A stretch of DNA of 32,753 bases from Candidatus Eiseniibacteriota bacterium (GTDB lineage Bacteria; Eisenbacteria; RBG-16-71-46; CAZEPH01): contig JBGATO010000043.1 of NCBI GenBank assembly GCA_044229145.1, positions 1 to 32,753 on the forward strand, in the 5' to 3' direction. The position numbers and the translations under genes were made by a program. Numbering within the stretch: the stretch's first letter is position 1; the number at the start of each line of letters is the position of its first letter. A model generated the notes under the pieces. The model saw only the letters and a list, made by a program, of their open reading frames with translations. It was not told the DNA's origin and did no database searches. This document shows, one piece after another, positions 26,289-32,753 of the stretch.

Positions 26289-27404
26289 ATGCGTTCCCGT
26301 TTCGCCATCGCCGCCATCGCGGCACTCGCCTTCGCCGGCTGTCAGTCGCAGACCACGGCGCCCCCGCCGCCGGCCACCGTCGACTGGGTGCCGAACGTGT
26401 TGACGCAGCCGGTGCCCTCGTGGGGATCGCCGGTGCGCTTGCAGTTGCCGGTGCCGCTCAGCGCCATCGTGTTGGGACCGAGCGGCGGGCTCGGCGCGTT
26501 CGGCGGACACCAAGGAGGCCACGTCGAAGGACTCAATCACGTGTGGATCCCGATCGTTCCGGGCACCGTGATCGGCAGTTGGGCAGATGGCACCGTGACG
26601 CGCATCGAGGACATGGGCGATCGCGGCGAAGGCAATGGCCAGCACGAGTTCTTCATCACCATCGACTACGGACAGGGCTTGGTCGGCAAGCATCTCGATG
26701 TCAACCAGCCGCTGGTCGCAATCGGAGGGCACGTCACGGCGGGGCAGCCGGTGGCGTGGGGCGAGAGCGCCGAGTTCCAACTCATCGACAACAACCGCAG
26801 CGATGGCGAACGCACCGGCGGTGCGACCGGCTCGCCGGTGTCGCCGTTCGACTATCTGCGCGACGCGGACAAGTCGGCGCTCGAGGCGCGCTTCCAGGCG
26901 GAGGTCGTCACGCCGTACTTCGCACAGGGCGCGAGCGCCGGCAACAATCGTCCGTGGGAGCCGGCGCTGACGAATCCGATGCTGTTCCATGCCGCGCACC
27001 GCGGCACGCTCGCCGGCGAATGGTTGCTGACATCGAAGCCGTGGAACGCAGTGGATTCGAGCTACTTCGACGTCATGACGGTCTTCGATGTCACCAATGC
27101 GTACGGACAGTTCCGGCGCGTCGAGATGATGGACCACGATTGGTCGCTGCCGGGGAACAAGCGCCACGTGACCGGCGCGTGGGAGGCGGGCCCCGAGACT
27201 GGCACCTGCGTCGTGCGCTGCGACAACGGCGGACCGACGTACTTCGCGCGCTACGCCGTGGACGAATCGAGCGGCCGCGCGCAGTTGCGGATGGCGTGGC
27301 GACGGGACGCGTATCCGGCGACGCTCGACGGCGCCGTGGTCTACGTGGAGCGCTCGCCGATCTACTTGCTCGGAGACGTACAACAACTCGGCATCGCGCC
27401 GTAG
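26289..27404 (+). CDS. Hypothetical lipoprotein with a degenerate M23/LytM-like N-terminal domain
   Basis: Lipobox LAFAG-C and a Pro linker. The segment 'ADGTVTRI...ITIDYGQGL...VAIGGHVTAGQPVA' resembles the M23 duplicated-hybrid fold. Codon usage fits a real gene. Confidence 0.65.
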   Translation: MRSRFAIAAIAALAFAGCQSQTTAPPPPATVDWVPNVLTQPVPSWGSPVRLQLPVPLSAIVLGPSGGLGAFGGHQGGHVEGLNHVWIPIVPGTVIGSWADGTVTRIEDMGDRGEGNGQHEFFITIDYGQGLVGKHLDVNQPLVAIGGHVTAGQPVAWGESAEFQLIDNNRSDGERTGGATGSPVSPFDYLRDADKSALEARFQAEVVTPYFAQGASAGNNRPWEPALTNPMLFHAAHRGTLAGEWLLTSKPWNAVDSSYFDVMTVFDVTNAYGQFRRVEMMDHDWSLPGNKRHVTGAWEAGPETGTCVVRCDNGGPTYFARYAVDESSGRAQLRMAWRRDAYPATLDGAVVYVERSPIYLLGDVQQLGIAP

Positions 27405-27414
27405 CGCGCGGCGC

Positions 27415-28425
27415 TCACCCCGCGAGCAGCGCGAGCAGCGCGAAGGTGGCGAGCCAGTGCTCGCCCATGTAGTCGCCGGCGACGTGCGGCAAGCTCGCGG
27501 CAATGTGACGTTCGGCAGCGTCCTGGGCACACGCGATCGCCGGCTCGCCGTCCGCCAGAGACGCGGCGATGCCGCGCCAGCACCATGCGCGCGCGAAGTG
27601 CAAGCCGTCGAGATGTGCGATCTTGCCGTCGCTGCGATCGCTCACGCGCACGGGAGCGAAGAGCGTCGAGGGTTCGCCGTCGCCCGCGCGGGGCAGGAAC
27701 GCGGCGAACCAGGCCCGGAACGCACCGGCGCCGAGGACCCGCCGCATGCATTCCGCTTCCATCAACGCCGGCGACAGGAAGTCGTCCTGCGACGGCTCCC
27801 ACGCTTGGCAGTCGCGATCGTCGCCGTACCACGCGAGAGCCTTGGCGCGGATCAGCGTGAACAACGCGGGATCGTGCGGCTCGGCGTAGTCCGCGGCGAG
27901 ACGCAGCGCGAAGGCCGTCGATGCATGCGTGCCGGAGCGGATCGGATAATCGCACAGCGGCAGAAACGTTGCGAGGCGCTTGGCGAAGGCGTGCGCCAGA
28001 GGACGCAGCGTCACGGCGGCTTGCGCGAGTTCGCCATCCTCGTGGCGTTCGAGTTCGGCCTGGAGCATGAGCGCCCACGCCCAGCCGTACGGACGTTCGA
28101 AGCCACGCGACGACGGCCGCGCGAGATACGCGAGTTCCGCCGTCACGGCATCCGCCGTCACGCGGCGTGCGAAGAGCGAGCCGATGTCATCCGCGACCGC
28201 AGCGTGGGGATACAGCCGCCGCACCGTCGCCAGCAGCCAGTACCCGTGCACGCACGAATGCCAGTCGAAGCTGCCGAAGAACAGCGGATGCAGCGCGCGC
28301 GGGCCACGCGCGTCCGCGTCGCCGTCGAGCACGTGATCCAGCTTGTGCGGATACTCGCGCTCGACGTGCGACAGCGCGAGTCGCGCGAAGTGTGCGGCGA
28401 GATCGGGCGTGAGGCGTGTGGTCAT
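27415..28425 (-). CDS. DUF2891 family protein
   Basis: REYPHK, HPLFFGSFDWHSCVHG, FERPYGWAW, R.GTH.STAF, WEPS..DFLSP, HLDGL and YMGEHWLATFA. Confidence 0.88.
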   Translation of the reverse strand: MTTRLTPDLAAHFARLALSHVEREYPHKLDHVLDGDADARGPRALHPLFFGSFDWHSCVHGYWLLATVRRLYPHAAVADDIGSLFARRVTADAVTAELAYLARPSSRGFERPYGWAWALMLQAELERHEDGELAQAAVTLRPLAHAFAKRLATFLPLCDYPIRSGTHASTAFALRLAADYAEPHDPALFTLIRAKALAWYGDDRDCQAWEPSQDDFLSPALMEAECMRRVLGAGAFRAWFAAFLPRAGDGEPSTLFAPVRVSDRSDGKIAHLDGLHFARAWCWRGIAASLADGEPAIACAQDAAERHIAASLPHVAGDYMGEHWLATFALLALLAG

Positions 28426-29381
28426 CGGAAGGCCAGCAGGCGCATGAGGACGATGTTGGCGAGCAAGAGTGGCACCGCGGTGGGAATCTGCGTGCGAATC
28501 ACCGCGTTGAACGCTGCCTTGCGATCGGGCAACTCGAGCAGATTCGCCGGCACGACATTGAAATTGGCGGCCATCGGTGTCATCAGCGTGCCGCAGAATC
28601 CCGCCAGCATGCCGATGGCGCACACGGCGGCCGGATCGCCGCCGAAGCGCTGCACCACCACCGGCAGGCCGATCGCCGCCGTCATCACTGGAAACGCCGC
28701 GAACGCGTTCCCCATGACGAACGTGAACAGCGCCATGCCGATACAGTAGGCCGCCACCGCCGCGGTCCGCGAATCGAGTGGCACGTGCGCGGTGACGAGG
28801 TGCCCGACACGATCGCCCACGCCGGCCGCGAGGAAGACCGCGCCGAGCGACGCCAGCATTTGCGGCAACACCGCCGCCCAGCCGACGGACTCGAGCAGGC
28901 GACGCGCTTCCTGCAGTGGCGCGCTGCGCGGCGGCCGCAACCACGCGAGCGCGATCGCCACCGCGAGGACGACGCCGCCCGCCAACGACACGAGCGTCGC
29001 CTGCTTCGCGTCGAGTATGCGCGCTCCCAGCGCGGTGTGCTTCGCGGCGAGCGTGCCGGCGAGTGCGGCCGCCGGGATGACCAATGCGAGCAGGAAGAGC
29101 CGGTTGCCGCGACGCCGCGCACTCAGCCGGCGTTCGTCGATCGACGTCGTCTGGATGGCGCCCTGACCGAGTCCGGCGGCCGCGAGCACTGCGAGTGCGA
29201 GGACGAGCACGCCGTTGCCGCGGTCGCCCAGGCGGTCGCCGGCGAGGAAGCTGACAGCCAGCACCGCCCAGAACGCGGTCGCGCGCGCGCGTTGCGTGTG
29301 CCGCGCGTCGCGCGCACTCAGCCACGCGATCGCCGCGAAGAACACGCCACCCACGGCGTAGAGATGCGAGAGGCCAATCAT
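28422..29381 (-). CDS. DUF979 family membrane protein (putative 5-oxoproline transporter subunit)
   Basis: GNRLFLLAL, LPQMLASLG, MGNAFAAFPV and GFCGTLMTPMAANFNVVP. ATGA overlaps at both ends. Confidence 0.9.
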   Translation of the reverse strand: MIGLSHLYAVGGVFFAAIAWLSARDARHTQRARATAFWAVLAVSFLAGDRLGDRGNGVLVLALAVLAAAGLGQGAIQTTSIDERRLSARRRGNRLFLLALVIPAAALAGTLAAKHTALGARILDAKQATLVSLAGGVVLAVAIALAWLRPPRSAPLQEARRLLESVGWAAVLPQMLASLGAVFLAAGVGDRVGHLVTAHVPLDSRTAAVAAYCIGMALFTFVMGNAFAAFPVMTAAIGLPVVVQRFGGDPAAVCAIGMLAGFCGTLMTPMAANFNVVPANLLELPDRKAAFNAVIRTQIPTAVPLLLANIVLMRLLAFR

Positions 29382-30091
29382 CGCTCGCCCTCCGGCCGCC
29401 CGAGCCGCCGCGCCAACTGACGATCCAGCCATGCGAGCCGCGCCGCGTGAATGACGAAGGCTGCGATCGCCGTCGGGATCGCCCACCGCGAGAGCGCGAA
29501 CGGTTCGACACGCAATCCGTTCTGCTCCAGGAAGCCCTTGATGAGGAGGATCGACGCGATGGCGAGGAAGATGTCTTCGCCGAAGAACAATGCGATGTTG
29601 TCGGCCGCGGCGCAGTGGGCGCGAATCGCGTGACGCTCGTGGTCTGGCAGCACGCCGAAACGCGCCTCGGCCGCTCCTTCGGCCATCGGCGCGACGAGCG
29701 GCCGCACCATCTGCGCGTGACCACCGAGTGACGTCAAGCCGACCGCCGCGGCCACTTGCCGCACCGCGAAGTAGACGAGGAGGAGACGGCCGACCGTCGC
29801 CGCGCGCACGCCGGCGATGACGTCGCGTGCGCGTTCCTGCAGGCCGGCGCGCTCGAGCACGCCGATCGCCGCGAGCACGAGCCACACCACGCTGACGTAG
29901 CGGTTCGCGTTGAATGCCTTGCCGAACTGGTCGAGCGTCACGAGCGCGCCGTGCGCCAGCGTCGCGGCGTCGGCACCCGGCGTCCATGCGGCCGCGGCGC
30001 CTGTGGTGAGTGCCGCCGCAACGACGACAAGCAACGGATGCGCGCGCACGACGAACCCGAGCACCAGTACCGCGAGACCGAGCAGCATCAT
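29378..30091 (-). CDS. DUF969 family membrane protein (putative 5-oxoproline transporter subunit)
   Basis: GKAFNANR, LERAGLQE, LGGHAQMVRPLVAPM and NIALFFGEDIF. Confidence 0.9.
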   Translation of the reverse strand: MMLLGLAVLVLGFVVRAHPLLVVVAAALTTGAAAAWTPGADAATLAHGALVTLDQFGKAFNANRYVSVVWLVLAAIGVLERAGLQERARDVIAGVRAATVGRLLLVYFAVRQVAAAVGLTSLGGHAQMVRPLVAPMAEGAAEARFGVLPDHERHAIRAHCAAADNIALFFGEDIFLAIASILLIKGFLEQNGLRVEPFALSRWAIPTAIAAFVIHAARLAWLDRQLARRLGRPEGER

Positions 30092-32753
30092 GCCGGCGTG
30101 TCCTCCGATGCCCCGAAGCCTCCACCGCCCGGGGTTTCGATGACGATGACGTCGCCCTCGTCGACATGCATCCGCGCGGTGGCACCGATCGCCTCGCGGG
30201 TGCCGTCGCGTCGTTCGATCCACGCGCGGCCTGGCATACCGTCGCCACCGCCGCTCACGCCGAACGGCACCGTGGTGCGGCGGTTCGCCAAGAACGCCGC
30301 GTCCATCGCGGCGCGGAAGCGGATGCGCCGCACCGCCCCGTCGCCACCGCGCCATCGGCCCACGCCCCCGGAGCCGCGCCGAATCGCGAACGACTCGACG
30401 AGCACCGGATAGCGCGCTTCGAGAACCTCCGGATCGGTAAGCCGCGAGTTGGTCATGTGCGTCTGGACCGCGCTGGCGCCATCGAAGCCGGGGCCGGCGC
30501 CGGCGCCGCCGCAGATCGTCTCGTAGTATTGGCGCGTGCCGTCGCCGAAGGTGAAGTTGTTCATCGTGCCTTGCGAGGCGGCGAGGGCGCCGAGCGCGCC
30601 ATACAGCGCGTCGACGATCGCCTGGCTCGTCTCGACGTTTCCCGCGACCACGGCGGCACCGGGCCGCGGATGCAGCAGACTCCCCTCCGGCACCACGATG
30701 TCGATTGGGCGCAGGCAGCCTTCATTGAGAGGGATCGCGTCGTCCACCAGCGTACGGAACACGTACAGCACGGCGGCACGCGTCACCGCGAACGGCGCGT
30801 TGAAGTTGCCGGTGTCCTGCGCGCTGGTGCCGGTGAAGTCGAGGGTGACGCGCCGCGCGGCGTGGTCGGGACGCACGGCGACGCGAATGGTCGCGCCGTT
30901 GTCCATCGGCACCGCACAGGCGCCGGGCGTCAGACCGTCGATGACGCGCCGAATGTGTTCGGCGGCGTTATCCTGGACGTGCCCCATGTAGGCGGCGACG
31001 CCCGCGCGCCCATACTCCTCGACCAGCCGCCGCAACTCCCCGATGCCACGCGCACACGCCGCAATCTGCGCCCGAAGATCGGCAAGATTGCGATCGATGT
31101 CGCGCGACGGATGCCGCGCGCGGGCGAAAAGCGCGCGGGCCGCGGCTTCGCGCAGCACGCCGTCGTCGACGAGCAGGAAGTCGTCGATGACCACGCCTTC
31201 GTCCTCGAGCGTCATGCTGTCCGGCGGCATCGAGCCGGGCGTCGTCCCGCCGACGTCGCCGTGGTGTCCGCGCGCGGCGACGAAGAACGCCGGCACGGCC
31301 TCTCCGTCGAGAACCACGGGCGCGATGACGGTGATGTCGGGCAGGTGCGTGCCTCCCGCGGCGGGCGCATTCAGCATGTAGACGTCGCCGGCGCGCAGCG
31401 GGCGGCCCTCCCGTCGGCGCGCCGCCACCACCGCGCGCACGCTGTCGCTCATCGATCCGAGATGCACCGGGATGTGCGGCGCATTCGCCACCAGGCCGCC
31501 GTCGGCGTCGAACACGGCGCACGAGAAGTCGAGCCGCTCCTTGATGTTCACCGACGAGGCGGTGCGTTGCAGCGCGACGCCCATTTCTTCCGCGATGCCC
31601 ATGAAGCGGTTGTTGAAGACTTCGAGAAGGACGGGATCGCACTGCGCCGCGTCGACCGCGGCCCGCATGCGCGGCGCACGACGTTCGAGCACCAGGCTGC
31701 CGCCGTCGAGGAGGCGCGCGCACCATCCGGGATCGACCACGGTGGTCGCGCCGTCCTCGACGATCAGCGCCGGCCCGTCGAGCCGCGCGCCGCGCGGGAG
31801 CTCCGCGCGTGCGAAGATGGGCGCGGCGTGTGTGACGTCGTCGGCGCGCAGGTGCGTGTCCCCGCACGGCTGCGGCCCGCCGGCGGGCGGCGCGGCGGCC
31901 ACGGGTGCCGCGGGCTCCGCGCGCGATGCCGCTTCGACACCGACTGTTGCCACGACGAGCGGACGCGCCGCATCCACGAAACCGAATCGCCGGCGATGTT
32001 CTTCCGTGAACGCGGTTGCGAGGCCGCGCGCGTCGCGGAACGGCATCGGTAGCGCGACATCGGTGCCGGCGTATTTGACGTGCACCGTCACGGCCAATTC
32101 GATCGCCGCATCGTCGAGACCTTGCGCACGCAATACCTCACGCGCCTGCCGCGCCAGTGGGGCGGCGATGTCGCGTACGTCGGCTTCCGCGAGCGGTCGC
32201 TCCACGGTGCGCTCGCGCACCGCGCGCACGCGGGCTCGCGCGATGCCGACGGCCGAGAGCACGCTGGCGTCCGGCGGCACCAACACCGCCGGGATGCCGA
32301 CGCGATCCGCCACGGCGCACGCATGCTGGCCCGCCGCGCCACCGAACGCGCACAGGACGTAGCGCGAGGGATCGTATCCGCGCTGCAACGAGATCGTCGT
32401 CAGCGCGCCCGCCATGTGCTGATTGGCGATCGCGAGAAACCCCTCCGCAATCTCTTCGCGGGTGCGCGTGTGGCCGGTGTCTCGCTCCACGGCCGCACGG
32501 ACCTCGTCCAAGCGCGCCACGATGGCGTCGGAGTCGAGCGGTTGCGCTCCGTCGGCGCCGAAGATCGCCGGGAAGTGCGCGGTCGGCACGCGGCCGACGA
32601 ACACGTTGCAATCAGTCACGGTGAGCGGACCGCCCCGCCGGTAGCACGCGGGTCCCGGATCGGCGCCCGCGCTGCGCGGTCCGACGCGCAACCGCGCGCC
32701 GTCGAAGTAGCAGACCGAGCCGCCGCCCGCCGCCACGGTATGGACGTGCAACA
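30088..32753 (-). CDS. oplA: Fused hydantoinase A/B-type ATP-dependent 5-oxoprolinase (5' end outside window)
   Basis: [84 protein letters not shown] and TPGGGG in a single chain. Confidence 0.93.
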   Translation of the reverse strand, partial: LHVHTVAAGGGSVCYFDGARLRVGPRSAGADPGPACYRRGGPLTVTDCNVFVGRVPTAHFPAIFGADGAQPLDSDAIVARLDEVRAAVERDTGHTRTREEIAEGFLAIANQHMAGALTTISLQRGYDPSRYVLCAFGGAAGQHACAVADRVGIPAVLVPPDASVLSAVGIARARVRAVRERTVERPLAEADVRDIAAPLARQAREVLRAQGLDDAAIELAVTVHVKYAGTDVALPMPFRDARGLATAFTEEHRRRFGFVDAARPLVVATVGVEAASRAEPAAPVAAAPPAGGPQPCGDTHLRADDVTHAAPIFARAELPRGARLDGPALIVEDGATTVVDPGWCARLLDGGSLVLERRAPRMRAAVDAAQCDPVLLEVFNNRFMGIAEEMGVALQRTASSVNIKERLDFSCAVFDADGGLVANAPHIPVHLGSMSDSVRAVVAARRREGRPLRAGDVYMLNAPAAGGTHLPDITVIAPVVLDGEAVPAFFVAARGHHGDVGGTTPGSMPPDSMTLEDEGVVIDDFLLVDDGVLREAAARALFARARHPSRDIDRNLADLRAQIAACARGIGELRRLVEEYGRAGVAAYMGHVQDNAAEHIRRVIDGLTPGACAVPMDNGATIRVAVRPDHAARRVTLDFTGTSAQDTGNFNAPFAVTRAAVLYVFRTLVDDAIPLNEGCLRPIDIVVPEGSLLHPRPGAAVVAGNVETSQAIVDALYGALGALAASQGTMNNFTFGDGTRQYYETICGGAGAGPGFDGASAVQTHMTNSRLTDPEVLEARYPVLVESFAIRRGSGGVGRWRGGDGAVRRIRFRAAMDAAFLANRRTTVPFGVSGGGDGMPGRAWIERRDGTREAIGATARMHVDEGDVIVIETPGGGGFGASEDTPA

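Noticed and set aside
27415..29724. 769-aa ORF suggesting a long N-terminal fusion to DUF2891, with similar extended calls for arsM, the AlkD-like gene, DUF979 and DUF969
   Set aside because: The extensions overlap real upstream genes in another frame. True starts are marked by stop/start overlaps.
1..32753. CRISPR arrays, tRNA/rRNA, IS elements, phage or defence genes
   Set aside because: No regularly spaced repeats, structural RNA signatures, transposase or integrase motifs, or obvious compositional islands were seen.

Overview
High-GC (about 70% by eye), densely coding bacterial window with about 26 genes. I found no rRNA, tRNA, CRISPR array or mobile element. The dominant theme is peptide and amino-acid scavenging: two POT/PTR2 transporters, an OPT transporter, a secreted tricorn (S41) protease, a secreted metzincin-type protease coupled to a trans-sulfuration enzyme, and a fused 5-oxoprolinase operon with DUF969, DUF979 and DUF2891. 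A second theme is redox and thiol stress: a Cys-less Irr/PerR-like regulator ahead of ahpC-ahpD with two matching operator boxes, and a cysK-like/pirin/arsM cluster. The window also holds a multi-sensor diguanylate cyclase behind a sigma28-like promoter, a PQQ-type sugar dehydrogenase with a FlgD-Ig-like tail, an SDR, an AlkD-like protein, an esterase, two GNATs, a small membrane ORF and an unknown lipoprotein. The best leads are the oplA-DUF969-DUF979-DUF2891 operon, the ICE-like operator pair, the Cys/His-tailed cysteine synthase linked to arsM, and an apparent in-frame deletion next to the tricorn catalytic His. All family calls come from motif recognition, not database searches.
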